Notes: generated by a model from the letters alone, not told the origin. Numbered from the whole stretch's first letter, positions 11,621-25,319 are shown. The stretch is 63,844 nucleotides of DNA, filler included, from Collodictyon triciliatum (GCA_043381765.1; 5 parts of 5 records of this genome joined end to end with filler, not necessarily neighbours in it); one strand, 5' to 3'. A program made the numbers and translations.

Positions 11621-14600
11621 TTAGGATGTGGGGAGAATATGATCAACGGCGAAGGCAGATATCTTCATCTGCTGATGCGTTGCATCAGCTGGTCTGTTGG
11701 GATTATGAACAGGCGGATACACACTAAAAGATGACAAATCTACAGCATAATTTTATAAGGCATTGACTTTCAATACCATAATTAACACAAGCTGAGTGAA
11801 AATAAATGATTGCATATCCACGACTGTAATAGCCAAACATGTGGTATAGCTTTATAATTCTCTATTAATTACCAGTGGAAGATTTGATCTTGCCAATAAA
11901 TGATTCCGACGAGGAGACGGCGTTCTCGTCAAAGATAGCTGGGGATGCTGTTGGCTGATTCTGGAGTTTCGATAATTTAATACATATCAAGTACCCCCTC
12001 CTCAAGTTACATCGTTCTATTTATCTTGATTACTATTATTTGATGTTTGGGTTTGTTGTAAACATAATAAATATAAATAATGCTCCATTTCAGCTGCAAA
12101 CACTACATACAACTTATAATTGAATGAAAATTATTTACCTCTGTGGAATCAGTTCCATGATGTTGTCCTGGCGACTGCGATGGTAACTGTGTTGGCAACT
12201 GTACGAATTGTGTCCGTTTTTTTTGGATGCGATTTTCAAAAATAATAATAAATGAATAGAAGGATTTAAAACATCGAATGAATACTTTTTTTAAAAAAAA
12301 TTCGTAAAAGAAAAAACCGGTATAGTCACGCCTTGTAAAGAACCATATTTGTGCAAGTACTACCTTTTGAATGATGACTTGATCTTTACCTTATTCTTTG
12401 ATCTTTTTGTCTTTCCTTCATCCATCTTTGTTGGTGAAATGGTCTTTTGATTTGAAGATGGTGTGCCTTTTGGGATACCCTGGGATGTAGAGGAGCCTCT
12501 GCTTTTCACAACCTTTGGGATTGGAGGTTTGGTCGGGCGCTTTTTTTTGGTTGTTGGTGACTTTTTGCCACTCTCTGGGATTTTTGCAGATTCGTCAAAC
12601 TTCGGCGGATTGGTATCTAGTTCCTTGAAAGAAGACAGCAGTATAGCATCTAGGATTGGGTTGCTTTCCTTCAAATCGGCAGAGGGTGAAATGTGCATGT
12701 GTTTTGGGGGAGTGTCCTCTTGCAGGGCAATACTGTCTACAGGGGATATAGGAATTGACCTTGTCCTCTGATGTATTTCTGGAGACGAAAAACTATGTTC
12801 AAAAGTGAGATGTGTTGAAAGTGGTGTTGCTGATGGCGTTTCGTGTTCGTTCGTCTTCAAAGCAATTGCTGGGACGATAATTTCGTGCGATGAGGGCATC
12901 TGTTGTGTAGCTAGTAGTTTTTTCACAGACATAGATGAAGGACTTCGGTTGTGAACAGAATTTGTATGGGAAAGAGATGGAGAAAGCACGAGGATCTCTG
13001 CCACCCCTATTTGGTTGTTTGATTTCATCGAAGGCGGCGTTCCTAACGGCGACGAAAGGTCCAAAAGTTGGGACTGAGCAACGACTGCTGTGTAAGCCTG
13101 ATTTGTGTCCCCAAAGTGAGATGTGGAGTTTCTGAGTCTGGTATTGAAGGAATCGGCGGTATAGTTTGAGTTTCCTTTCATGTCATTATAAATGTGGTGT
13201 CGGCGAAAAGAGCCCATATCACCATCTTCATTGTGACCTTTGCTTGCTGTGATCCATTTTTATTTTAAAAAATGAATATACATACAGTAAGAATTCATAA
13301 CCTCCGGTTTAGGTCAACAACATTTATGAAATGTTCTTACGTGAGGTCAATTCCTTCTTATTTCTTTGAAGGATAAGCGAAGATATGTAAAAAGAAGTCT
13401 CATAAATGAATGATCTGTACCTAAAACTAGAACTGGTTCCCTCTCAGGTACAGCAGGTTTTGACTTATAAAGAGAAGCATTTCTATAAATCAATCAATCA
13501 ATCCATCAATTAAAACTTAGCACACCAACAAGGTGCAAAGAAAATCGATTAATTAATTTATTATCAATATTGTTATCAAAGGATGAGTCTTAATTCACAA
13601 CCAAATAATATATAACTTCGTAAATAAGAATTGTGATTCATATTCAAATTTGGCGGCGTACTTTGATATATCGCTAGGCTTAGAATTTGGTTCCCCCTCC
13701 ATTATCATTTTTGTGGCTAAGTAAAATCCTTTTGGAAGTCGACTCGGGTTGACTGAATTCTCGTGCTGGAGGTAGCTAAGAGTTTTTTCGTACAAAGGGT
13801 GATGAGGCAATTGCTGCATTACGGGTGATGCAGTCGGTGCAGATGGGGGCATGTCTGAGAGAATGTGATGTTTTACAGCTTTGCATGACAGAGTCAAAGA
13901 GTTAGGTTCGGCACTAAATGGGCGAGTATATGCAGAAGCTTCATATCGGCTACTTCGGCCGATGCCATGAGTATCTGGGCTTTCTGTTCGTCCTTTTTCA
14001 CTACTATATGGATATTGGCCATTCATTTCTTCATGAATGAATAATTCGTTTGGAGTTTGCGCCTTGCCACTGACGTGGGGCATTATGTCCTTTGTCTTGT
14101 ACATTCTTATGTCATGTATGTTATTCTTTGCTCCGGATTTACGTGATGAGAACGGTTCCATCGCTCGCACACCCCTCCCCTGACTGTGATTGGTTGTTTT
14201 TTCATAGTCCAGTGTTGAATATGACCGATGCCCTTGGGAATGGCTCCCCGAGTCGTAAGTAAAGGAAGAATAGGATGTGTGGCCTGACTTTTGAGATGAA
14301 ATCTGGCGTGTTTGTATGGGTGACTGATGAATAAGGTGGTGATTAAGGTAAGGTGCGGAATGAGGTCTGCTATGGTTTGTGCTGTTTGTAGGGCTGCCAT
14401 TGAACTGTCTCGATAATGTGATGGGTGACTGAGCGGAGTCCAAAGATATGTTTGAGACTAGTATTATGTATGAAAAAAACGAATGAAACACTGCAAAGGG
14501 AAAGATTTCAGCTTCTAGAGTGTATGTATGTATGTATGTATGTATGTATGTATGTATGTATGTATGTATGTATGTATGTATGTATGTATGTATGTATGTA

Positions 14601-15038
14601 TGTATGTATGTATGTATGTNNNNNNNNNNNNNNNNNNNNNNNNNNNNNNNNNNNNNNNNNNNNNNNNNNNNNNNNNNNNNNNNNNNNNNNNNNNNNNNNN
14701 NNNNNNNNNNNNNNNNNNNATGTATGTATGTATGTATGTATGTATGTATGTATGTATGTATGTATGTATGTATGTATGTATGTATGTATGTATGTATGTA
14801 TGTATGTATGTATGTGGATGCAAGCTGATTGTACACATAAGAAAGCCTCTTCTTTTTCTTCATGTATGAAATGCGTCTGTTAGATTGCGTTTGTTTTATT
14901 ACCAGAAGAAGGGACTCTGATAGGGACTACGGCAGCAATCTCGTTAGAGACCAACAGATCGCTTGTGATGGGATAAGGCAGCCTCTGCGGCTCTTTTTTG
15001 ACTTTCCTTTCCGCCGAGTGAGAAAGCCGCTTAATCAT
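11621..15038 (-). CDS. Ser/Pro/His-rich low-complexity hypothetical protein (multi-exon)
   Basis: Start MIKRLSHSAERK at 15038, large exons about 13620-14457 and 12390-13246, last exon ...VDHILPTS-TAA. Some internal junctions are ambiguous. Confidence 0.7.
14520..14816. repeat. (TATG)n microsatellite spanning a gap, intronic
   Basis: Direct reading. Confidence 0.95.
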
Positions 15039-15530
15039 AGGCCTCAAAACCACTCCAACTGCTTCGCTATAATTGCATAGATTGTTTGTTAGAAGGGGGC
15101 AACGCGGCGCCTTTCTTGTTTGTCTGGGTCGCCCAAACACAATCGAATGCCTTTTTTTCTTTTGGGCTTCGGCGTCAGTCTGTTTTCTTCCCTATTCTGG
15201 AAATTATGTGTTCACGTTCTGTGCCCACCGCCCTGCCTTCGTCTGCACCAATTACAAGCTTACGGTCACAAACTCATCAAGTTAAAGATAACTATCAAAA
15301 CAACTATCTATGCAACAAATAATAAAGCTGCGAAGAGAATGACGTTCTTTTTAACAGTCGCTTTATTCAATAGAGGGGAAGGGATTTGTTGTTGGGAGCA
15401 TCAACAGCAACTTTTTCTTTTGGTTGCCCCGAGTGAGCCTTACTGGCAGGCAGAGCCCTCCAGTCAATGATTGGGTTATGTTCAAGGCGAAGCAATTACA
15501 CTGGAGGGGAAAACAATCACCAAGGTATGC

Positions 15531-16919
15531 CTAAACATTTTCCTTCATCGCACACACTGGGTACATATTAAAGAGGTTATGGATTTGTGGTAAGACTGGG
15601 TCTTTGAAACGGATTCCAATACAAAAGGAAAAAAACATGAGTTCGACATTGTCTGAAGCCATATGATAGAAGCTCCTCGTGAAAGGAATCCACTGCTTCG
15701 GACCTATTTTGTACGCCATGAACCCATTTGCCTCCAACATGGTTTGTGTGCTATGGAATGAAATGCCAGGTCCAAAGCGCGTTTGATGCGTCAGAAAACC
15801 ACACTCAAACATAATAAAACGAACATATGGAAGAATACTTGTTCCTCCTCTTAGTATAGAAAATTCGCCACCATTTGTGCCAATGTGAAGTATGGGTATG
15901 GGAAACGCGTTGAACCGGAATGACTCCGTTTCGTTCTTGTGTTTCTTAAGGGCATTATTTATAAGCGGCATAAAATGGGACGTAAAAAATGAATCCAGGG
16001 TTTCTGTTTGGGCAGGTATACCAGTTCCTATGGTATCTGGGTTCCCAAAAAATACCCTGGAAAAGGCGCTGATGGGCGAGTTAGGCCGATCGGATAATTG
16101 AAAATAGGCAGGTTTGGCTTCATCCAGCAATACCTTGTTAAAAAGCGTTACATTGAGTCTGCCTTTCATTCGAATCTCGGTGCTTGCGACGAGTTCGCGA
16201 AGATTGCCTACCAAGTCTGGATTGGGCTCAAAAAGAAACAAAGTTGCAGATTGTGTCAATTGTCCATTATGTTTTATGATATTCTCCCAGTACTTGAGCA
16301 AATGGCCCTTTCCGGCGCCAATCTCGATGAGAATAGGATTAGTGGGGAACTCAGTCATAGTTTTATCCAGACGAAGCCTTGCTGGGGTAGATGAGAATGG
16401 AGATGACCCCCAGACTCGAACCTCTTCGCCACTGAAAAGGCGGTAAAATGTCTGCATAGCTTCATCGCGATAATCCCGAAAGAAGGATATATAATACCCC
16501 CACACATCGCAGTAGCAGGATGTCAGCTTTGTGATATCCTCTCCGTGTTGGAAAAGAGAAGGAATAATGTCGCTGTGTTGGAACACAGGTTTCTTGGCAC
16601 ATGCGTCCACCATAAAGTAGGGAAGCATATCACTTCCTGTAGGCATGGCGATTTGAGTAACGATCGGCCCTTTCCGAGGGTTTTGCAGCGATCCTTCGTT
16701 CGTGTCTGTCACTGTCTTTCCAATTTCTGCTGGCACAAAGAATATACGACCGCACGTAACTCCGAGTAGAAATGATATAACAAGGCGACTCGCAGAGTAC
16801 CACCTCTGATTTGAAGAGACATGGCTCGTCGCCTCCGCTGCGACCGGCATGGGCAGTCTAGGAAGTGAGCATATAGCAGTTGAGTTGTATTCTTTCGTCA
16901 TGGTCCCCATCTTCATCAT
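15531..16919 (-). CDS. FkbM-like SAM-dependent methyltransferase with N-terminal membrane anchor, single exon
   Basis: 462-aa ORF. Motif I LIEIGAGKG, LFEPNP, TLDSFF and ILHIGTNGGEFSILRGG resemble FkbM DIGAN.G / FEP.P / TLD / KIDVEG.E. Hydrophobic LVISFLLGVTCGRIFF near the N-terminus. Confidence 0.8.
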   Translation of the reverse strand: MMKMGTMTKEYNSTAICSLPRLPMPVAAEATSHVSSNQRWYSASRLVISFLLGVTCGRIFFVPAEIGKTVTDTNEGSLQNPRKGPIVTQIAMPTGSDMLPYFMVDACAKKPVFQHSDIIPSLFQHGEDITKLTSCYCDVWGYYISFFRDYRDEAMQTFYRLFSGEEVRVWGSSPFSSTPARLRLDKTMTEFPTNPILIEIGAGKGHLLKYWENIIKHNGQLTQSATLFLFEPNPDLVGNLRELVASTEIRMKGRLNVTLFNKVLLDEAKPAYFQLSDRPNSPISAFSRVFFGNPDTIGTGIPAQTETLDSFFTSHFMPLINNALKKHKNETESFRFNAFPIPILHIGTNGGEFSILRGGTSILPYVRFIMFECGFLTHQTRFGPGISFHSTQTMLEANGFMAYKIGPKQWIPFTRSFYHMASDNVELMFFSFCIGIRFKDPVLPQIHNLFNMYPVCAMKENV

Positions 16920-16951
16920 TCAAACCCTAATCCGTCCTCCTCTTGTTTTCT

Positions 16952-16999
<48 letters not shown>

Positions 17000-17584
17000 G
17001 CTTCCCTCTTACCAGTTCCATATGAGCATGCAGAAGACAAATGTCGTGGTGATTTTGTGTTGTGCTGGAGTGGTTCTAAAAAGCGTGCTTTTCTTCTCTT
17101 CGCCATTTCCTTCTTTTTTCTTCCAATTTTGTATGGTATATTTTTTTTTCGCGTGCGTAGCGCACATACCGATATGCTGTATATTCTAAAACAAATAAAG
17201 AAATCAGTCAGCGGTCGGGTATCTGTGGTGTTGGGAGTTTTCTATGCAGCGACGAGTTTGTGTGAGAAGCATATTATATTTTCCAGATTAGTACATCGCG
17301 ATGCGGTCGTAAGTGACAGACGTCAGGTTCGTCTTGTCGCCCATGACCAAACCGATGAATGGGTGTGGTCCTCGCGCGCTGCCCTTCTCCGCTGCACATA
17401 TGACAGTTTCGCTTGCTTGCTGTGAATTGCACTTATCAATGGAGGACTTAAGTGGGCGATGTAACAAAGAAAAAAAATAAGCAAATGAATCAATAAAATA
17501 GGAAAGGAAAAGATACAAGGGCCACACAGTCCAGATAGGTAAGTGGATGGGTTTATTTCTCCTTTTGCAGATGTGAATCCGCTC

Positions 17585-18565
17585 TTAACGAAGATTCAGC
17601 CTTTCAGATGAGCTACCACAGGCGATGAGGCGGAGACTCGTGGAAAATAGCAGAGTGATAATACCAGAAACGATAACCAAAGCAAAGCTGAAGCCGTAGT
17701 CGTACCTAAATAGAAGTGGTATATTATGCATAGGTAATTTTTGGGGCAGGTGTAGTTCTTAAACGGATTTTCTGTGACTTTATTTTGTCGCCAAAGTACG
17801 CAGAGGCTGGTTCTAGTGGAGATCACTATAAGCTCATACCCATTGTCTTCCAGAAGATCACTCTTGACAGTTCCGTAGATAATAACCGACAGAAAGCAGA
17901 AGGCCGAGGAGATGAAGCAGAAGACGAAGCGCTTCTTGAGTTCAGCGGGGCGACCTGGGGTCCAGATTGTCCAATATGGCGCAAAAAGTAAATGTGCAAA
18001 CAAGGAGATAAAATGGTGGCTTTCCAGTATGATAGGCAATGAGATGAATAAATAATACCGATAGTCGCGAAGATAGTGTAGACTAAGGCCAATGCTAGGA
18101 AGATGATGCTCACAATGGCAAGCAACAGAGCACCGGTTCCAGCATCCCGCATTTCCTCACAGAAATCCTGTTTGCATTTTTCGTCGTCCCAGAGACTGTA
18201 AGTCTCTTCATAGTTTGAACTTTCAGCCTGTTGGGGCAGAGTGCGTCGTTCGCGAAGTCATAATTTCAACAAGGACATAGTATAGTTAAATTAGAGCGGT
18301 TAATGCTATGTGTAAAGTTCCCTCAGAGGGAGCAGTTCAAACGGATACCAACTTGAGGTCGGTTGTTTTCATGAAATATATCCTTGCGAACCAAAGGTCA
18401 CAGAGGTATTTAGAAACTTCAGACCTTGAACTCCACCAAACCGTACATGAATTTGAACGAATCGATCTCCTTAATGAACCAATCGTGTGTGGCAACTCCA
18501 ACAACAATAAAAACAGCGGAGACAATCAGCCCCAATAAGGAGATGATGTCGCGAACACTCGCCAT
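17585..18565 (-). CDS. Claudin/PMP22-like four-transmembrane protein (4 exons)
   Basis: MASVRDIISLLGLIVSAVFIVVGVATHDW...YGLVEFK|AESS...KCKQDFCEEMRDAG...TM2|GRPAELKKRF-TM3...G|YDYGFSFAL-TM4...LNLR-TAA. W..GL..C..C first loop and YGFSF before TM4 are superfamily hallmarks. Confidence 0.75.
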
Positions 18566-19265
18566 GAGGAAAAGTCGTCCTTTGGAAGTTGGCTGTGTGA
18601 CGATATGAGAGGCTAGAGGAATAAAAAAGAATTAATGGAGAGAGAAAATCAAGCAAATGTACGATACTACAACCCAATAAGCATAATAAAGCGTAATAAG
18701 GTGAAACACGAACAAAAAGAAAAGAAAAGAAAAGAAAAGAAAAGAAAAGAAAAGAAAAAGAAAAAGAAAAGAAAAGAAAAAGAAAAAGAAAAAGAAAAAG
18801 AAAAAGAAAAAGAAAAAGAAAAAGAAAAAGAGAATGAAACAGAAAAAGAATAGGCAAGAAATGCTCAACAAAACAAAAAAAAAGGGGTCAGGTCCAAGGG
18901 AAGCCGGTTTTTGTGATCGGACCAAGAGGAGGACAGCCAGACGATCCCCGGCGAACGCCAAGCCGTGTTTCAACCTATCAATCCCACATTCCCACAACTT
19001 CAACGCGGGTTCAATGAATTTAACGCATAAAAGCGGGGGCTAGAATTTTCTTCTTTGGGCCGAATTCATCGCATCGTAATGTATAAATACAAGGTATGAT
19101 TGTAAAATAAAATTATGGGTATCCAGATGTATTTATACCATACGTGGAAATTATAATGCAATTAGTGCTGGGAGCGGCGGCTTAGGTTTCAGCGAGAGCA
19201 ACAAGATGATTGACAGATAGCGCAAAGCGCAGCGGAGGTAAAAAAGGGTTCAGTCAGCCGCAAGC

Positions 19266-20810
19266 ATGGAAGACGGAGAGCTCGAGGTAAGCACACTTAC
19301 TCTTTCTCATTCTCAAGTCATGCACGCCAAAGGTCTGGTTGGGTTCTGACTCGAGCAGACATACCCCTGGTTTATTTTGCATCCTTTTATTTGTTTTTTT
19401 TTTGTATTTGTTTTATTTTTTAAAGATGAGAAGAACATTTGGTCGCATCTATTGTATGAGGCATCATAGGAGCTTCCTGTATCCCATTTAGCACTCCATA
19501 GTAGATCCACCACCATGCTTTCACCTCACGTCATATTTTATGATATGCGCATATGATCCTATCTATTCAAGAAGCAAAGCAGCTTTTTTTTTTTGTCTAG
19601 TTTTCCTCAAATTATCCCACCATTACTCTCACTTTACTCTATCAATCTCATCTTTATCCTATTTTTCATTATACCAATAGCTATTACAACTACGTTAGCC
19701 ACAACCGCAAGTAACGTATATTGATTGATAGGAAGGCGAAGATGCAGAATTTATTGCAGACAATGCCGAGACACAAAGGACAGATCCCTATGCTGGGGGC
19801 ATAATCCACAATCAGGACATGGTATCACAGGCGAATGAAGACGAAACAACAACAACAACAGCATGCAACGCAACACAATGGTTAGGAATCTGGGCCCCTG
19901 ACTTGACTGTTGATCCTTTAATTGCTTACCAGTCTCTTGACTCGGAGTTGAGGCCCTTATTTCAAAAAGGCCGCGAAGTCCACATAAAATTGGCAGCTTC
20001 ATCTAACTATATGAAGCATGGTAAATGGTACGTAATTCTTCTACCAGAGCTATTTACCCAATCACTGTGCACATAAGTCTACTAAATAAAAGCAGAAACA
20101 TACCCTACAGTACAGACACATGCAAAGTCATTTCTTCTTCTGTTCAACATCTCCTATTGACAAGATTTCATTTTGATTGCTTCTATTAACGTATTCAAGT
20201 TTTTTTTTTTATAAAAACAAACATGCAAGGTCTCCGGATGGTACCTGCTTTTTGACACTAGGGGAAGATAACTGCTTCCGGCTTTATGACATGTAAAATT
20301 TATTCCTATTTTCTTAAATAGCCAAAGTGATGGTAGCATCTACCCGGTTGATAAACCCTTCCAAATTTGATTGCATATACCCATCTTTCTTTCAAAATTT
20401 AACAAATCAGCAATGCAATTTGCTGGTGAGGCATACAATTCATATTTCTCGTATACATATATTATTCAAGGCCGAACACTTTTGGTGAATCGCATGAAGA
20501 TGGTAAATATAGGAACAACTACACCAAATAATCTTTTGATAAACATACGTGTATCTTAAACTTTAAATTTCATCCTCTTGCTAACACATATTCAGGATGA
20601 AATTTCAAATATAAGGTGACAAATAAAAACAACAACAAAAATAAGAAAAAAGCAAAACAAAACACTTTACCAGCTAAAGCAATTGCTATTTATTTTTTTT
20701 TAAAAAAACAACGAAGTAATCGGTTGGGAGCCCAGCCTACGGGTTTGCGAAGGTGACTCTACGTACGACTTTACGTGGTATCCGAAAATGAATTCAGCAG
20801 GTCAGATAAT
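19266..20810 (+). CDS. WRAP53: WD40 telomerase Cajal body protein 1 homologue (3'-truncated by the contig end)
   Basis: Spliced peptide NYMKHGKW|SPDGTCFLTLGEDNCFRLYDM|PNTFGESHED|VIGWEPSLRVCEGDSTYDFTWYP matches the WRAP53/TCAB1 KW.PDG.C.LT...DN..R.Y and EGD..YD..WY motifs as I recall them. Confidence 0.8.
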
Positions 20811-20814
20811 GACA

Positions 20815-20933
20815 ATACTAATAATACTAATAATACTAATAATACTAATAATACTAATAATACTAATAATACTAATAATACTAATAATACTAATAATACT
20901 AATAATACTAATAATACTAATAATACTAATAAT
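20815..20933. repeat. (AATACTAAT)n 9-mer tandem repeat at a contig end
   Basis: Direct reading. Confidence 0.95.
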
Positions 20934-21033
20934 NNNNNNNNNNNNNNNNNNNNNNNNNNNNNNNNNNNNNNNNNNNNTTAATTAATTAANNNNNNNNNNN
21001 NNNNNNNNNNNNNNNNNNNNNNNNNNNNNNNNN
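20934..21033. other. Artificial contig linker
   Basis: TTAATTAATTAA at 20978-20989 between N runs. Confidence 0.97.
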
Positions 21034-22256
21034 AAAAAAAACTGCCCCAAAAAAAAAAAAATTTTTTAAAAAAAAAAAAAAAATTAAAAGTAAAAAAAAA
21101 AAAAAAAAGGTAAAACAAAAAAACTTGTGGACCTTGAGTTGGTCTGCTTACACGCTTCTGTACAGGTTTCTGTTGTAACTCGACCATTTATACTTGTTTA
21201 ACTCAACCGCCACTTTCCAACGCGAGAGCTTTCCGACCACCTTCCTTGATTCTTGTTGTTTGCTGTGTTTGAAGCTGGCCACAAACCCAGAACTTTTGAT
21301 TCACGTAACTTACCGAAAGGTCATTATCCCATAGCTGGAAACGAGCAGCTTCGTTTTTTCATGGCCTCATATGCGCAGGCGACGAGGGCAGGGGGATAGA
21401 AAGCCCGAATCCACTCACGCACGTGAGAATCCTTTTTTTTTTTTTTGAATAATAAATATGTTATTATCATGTACACACTATATAGATGATAATATCACAA
21501 CAAAAGAGCCCAGGGGAGGGAGAGAGAGGGAGAAAGAAAAGCTTTGTAATGCTGATGAGCAAAAAGAACTTTGGAAATAATTCCCCAACAACCGTGTCTC
21601 TGTAAAGGTGTGGTAAATAAGTCCAAAGGCAACAGGGTTCAATGTATGACCCTTTTATCTTCTGGGTGTTTTTTTTTTTATTTCATTTTATTCTTCTCAT
21701 TCTTGCTATTCCTTCTCTTTGAAACCTTGAAATCATTAGAAATGTTTTGAATGGCTGCTTCCATTCATCCTTGCATTTCCCTTCTCCCCTGCGCATCTGT
21801 TACTTTTTTTCCAACGCTTATTTCTTTGCTACTTTTGCGTATTTTCCTTGACAATTATGAAGCAGGAAACGCTATCTTCGCGAAAGAAAAAAGAAAAAAG
21901 AAAAAAGAAAAAAGAAAAAAGAAAAAAGAAAAAAGAAAAAAGAAAAAAGAAAAAAGGAAAAAAAGAAAAGAAAGAAAAAGAAAAAAGAAAAAAGAAAAAA
22001 GAAAAAAGGAAAGAAAAAAGAAAAGAAAGAAAAGAAAGAAAAGAAAAGAAAAGAAAAGAAAAGAAAGAAAAGAAANNNNNNNNNNNNNNNNNNNNNNNNN
22101 NNNNNNNNNNNNNNNNNNNNNNNNAAAGAAAAGAAAGAAAAGAAAGAAAAGAAAGAAAAGAAAGAAAAGAAAGAAAAGAAAAAGAAGCCCATCCGGTAAA
22201 AATCGCCTTTTCCTTTACATCCAATCATTTTTATTTTTACTATTATTGATTGATAG

Positions 22257-25200
22257 GAAATGAAGGAAAGGCTCTTGAAGAAGGGTGATGAACAACGACA
22301 ACAAGTGAGTAAATGTATGTATGAAAGAAAGGCGTATGTATCAGAATTGTGCATTTTATATTGTATTCGAGTTCATTTATCCGGCACACTGACCACGGGA
22401 AAATCATTCTCAAAGGTTGTGGATCTCATGGAGGTCAAAAAGCTTCTGGCACAATCAAACAAAGAAAAGGCAGAGCTATCACAAGAAATCAACAGATTGC
22501 AGCAGGTCGCATTTGATATGTATCACTATGGGACACAATATCATGTAACCATTAAATCATGTGTTTTTATACATTTCTTAATTTGCCTTATTATATAATA
22601 CCAGGAAATTGCCGAGATACGAAAAAAGAATCATGAAAATATCCAAAGAATGAGAGCCAAAATATCTCCACCAAGCTCTGATGGACTTAGCCCCATATCA
22701 AGAAGCGTGAAGGTTACAATTAGTAACATTATATACAATTATTAATTTTATTCCATGTAAGTTTCAAGGTTAGAGAGAAGTTCCATGTTTTTTTTTCTTC
22801 TCATCGGGCATTGTTTGTTTATCCAGTTACCGACCCAAGAAAAGCCTCCTAAAGTTATTTCAGCCTTTTTTTTTTTCAAAAAATCGTGTTTATTTCAGGT
22901 TAACGGTCGAGTATATGTTTTTATTAAAATTTCTTATTTGCTTTTTTGCTTTTTTTTTCTCTTTCTCTACATGCATATGTTATATCATATTAGAATGAAG
23001 TGACACAAAGGGCGCTGAAAGACATACATGAAATGAGAGAAAAGCTCAGAAATGAAGAGATTGACGTCCAACAAAAGATTCGTGTATTGGAGGACCGAAC
23101 CAAAATCATTCAAGAGGAAGAAGTGAAGCTTCAAAATGAGAGGGCGATATTGGAAGAGGAAAAAGCTGCGTTCGAGGAATCAAAGAGTAACTTCTGTCGT
23201 CAAGCATTCTCACAATACAGACCCTTATCAAATTCTTCCGAACCATTCCAAAGGAGTAATCGACAGCTCTTTCCTTTTGATGAGACGTTTTCATCGTCTG
23301 AGGACACTCCCCAACACTATCGCGAGACAAAAATCGGCGATAGAATCAGTTCAGAGAGTGCAAATTTAATCAATAGTACTCAGCAAAATGAGGTTTCTGA
23401 ATATTTAGTCTCATATTATACTTTTATATACAATAGCATGTTTATTTATTTATTATTTATTTGCTTATTATTTTTCTTTAAACCGCGTTATTAAATGATG
23501 TTAGATATATAAATATATATAATAAATAAACCTAGAATCAAAGTTATGTGAGCAACAAGTGCGATGACATCCCCATGCACGGGAATGTATCCATTAATAA
23601 CCGTCATTTTATTATGTCTCTTTCTTCAAAAACCATGCAATCCACAATTAAATTCAATAAATCATATTCAGCTATGTTGAAGCCATCAATATATCTTTTA
23701 TACGTATTGATATAGTTTTGTATTTATAGGCTACAAAAGAAAATGAGTATGAATTCGTGGATGCAAATGGATTTTTGCGCTCACTTGAACAGTTTGTAAT
23801 TTATCAATATATACACACAAATAGCCATATATTCGCATAATTGAATCCCACGAGGAACCACTCATATATGATTTACTTTAATACGGTATCCAACCAGGGA
23901 AAACGAATTTCTTCAGAGAGAATTTCATCGATTCACAGAGGATTACAATGCGATGGAGACGCACATGACAGAAGTAAAAAGATCAAATAGGGAAATTGAA
24001 TCCAAACTCTTTGAAGAGCAGAATAAGAATAGGTATTCATCAAATACAAAAACAGTATCAACCAAGTATTTTTGTGGTACACATAATTTGACCTTTTGAA
24101 TACATATCTGGGGTGATTGGGATGAAATATCCATCCTATAATGTGACAATTATAGTGACTGTGTAGTTTCTATGATTCCGAACTATTAGCCTTATCACTA
24201 TTTACTCTCCACACTAATTCAGAGATCTGCAAAAGGAGATAAATAGTCTCAAAGAGCATATTCACCACCTTACAACATCCCAATCGACATCCCGAGATTA
24301 CAAACAACCAACACAATCAAAGGTATCCCCAAAGGATGCTGGAAAGCATGGCCGACCAGAGGTATTCAATAGAATAATAAAGCATGCATTAGTCGTTCAT
24401 ACCGTACTGCACGAATGATGTAATTGAATAAAGCTGGTTCACTTGTAGGATATCAATCTAAAGTTGTATCAGGAAGAGAGAAGGAAGGTTGAGCACTTAA
24501 GAGAACAAGAGAAAATATGGACGAAAACTCTTGAAGAGGAGGTTCAGTTCATTTATTTTCTGCTTCTTTATATTTAAAATGAAATTTATTGGACTATTTC
24601 TCTGCATCTTGCGTTCTTTTTATTTTTATTTTATTTCTTGTTTTCCCTCCTTATTTCTTTGATTTTTTTATACTTTTTTTTTTTAAAAAAAATAATTGCA
24701 GATTCAACTCCGGTTTCGCCTTGAAAGAGAAAATGCCATTCTTGCACAGCACAACTTGGATTTACAAAGCCTCTTAAAGACCCAGATGATAACCTCTGAC
24801 CACACCGTACTCAGTTCTGAAGATGACGAGGGGGATGAATACGATGAAGAGGACACCTTTAATCAACGAGAAAAAGCCGATTCAGGCAAATCGTATATGC
24901 CTGTATTAGAAAGCCACTTTCCCATCCATCGAAAACTAAATGCATCTGAATTACGGGGTGTATCGCAGTCTGCGTTCGATTCATCAAAACAAGCTGGTTT
25001 GTTCGTGCATCACCCTTTGAGTTCAACGCATCATACATCACCAAAACCGAGTGAAACGCACGCACATGCCGAACACGCTCTTCACCAATATGAAAATATC
25101 GCTCATTTTGCACCAGGGACAGGATTTGATTCCCGGATAAGTGGGCCACAAATATATACGCAAGACGGACAATATTTGCAAAGTAGTTCTCGTGCATCTA

Positions 25201-25319
25201 ATGGTTCCTTTCTCATCGGCTCTGACTTTGATCTGTCAAGAACAAGAAACCCACGTCTCGATATGCTCCGTCAACAACTTCAAGATTCTTTGGATTTGGC
25301 AGATTACGATAACTCGTAA
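22257..25319 (+). CDS. Coiled-coil hypothetical protein (multi-exon; more 5' exons probably lie in 21160-21620)
   Basis: E/K/Q-rich heptad exons (EMKERLLKK, VVDLMEVKKLLAQSNKEKAELSQEINRLQQ, ORFs 23000-23494 and 24696-25319) bounded by GT-AG. Confidence 0.75.

Noticed and set aside
16922..16930. Telo-box AAACCCTAA beside the FkbM start (also near 51028 and 61584)
   Set aside because: Short AT-rich motif; the other hits are intronic with no consistent position.
20293..20321. Apparent 29-nt mini-intron in WRAP53
   Set aside because: A normal-sized intron to the acceptor near 20470 gives RLYDMPNTF, which fits the family better and keeps downstream phases.
23587..23729. Intron starting GTATCCATT as a second U12 intron (also GTATCTT near 61137)
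   Set aside because: Donor is mismatched and there is no TCCTTAAC-like branch 10-20 nt from the AG. Treated as U2-type pending intronIC scoring.
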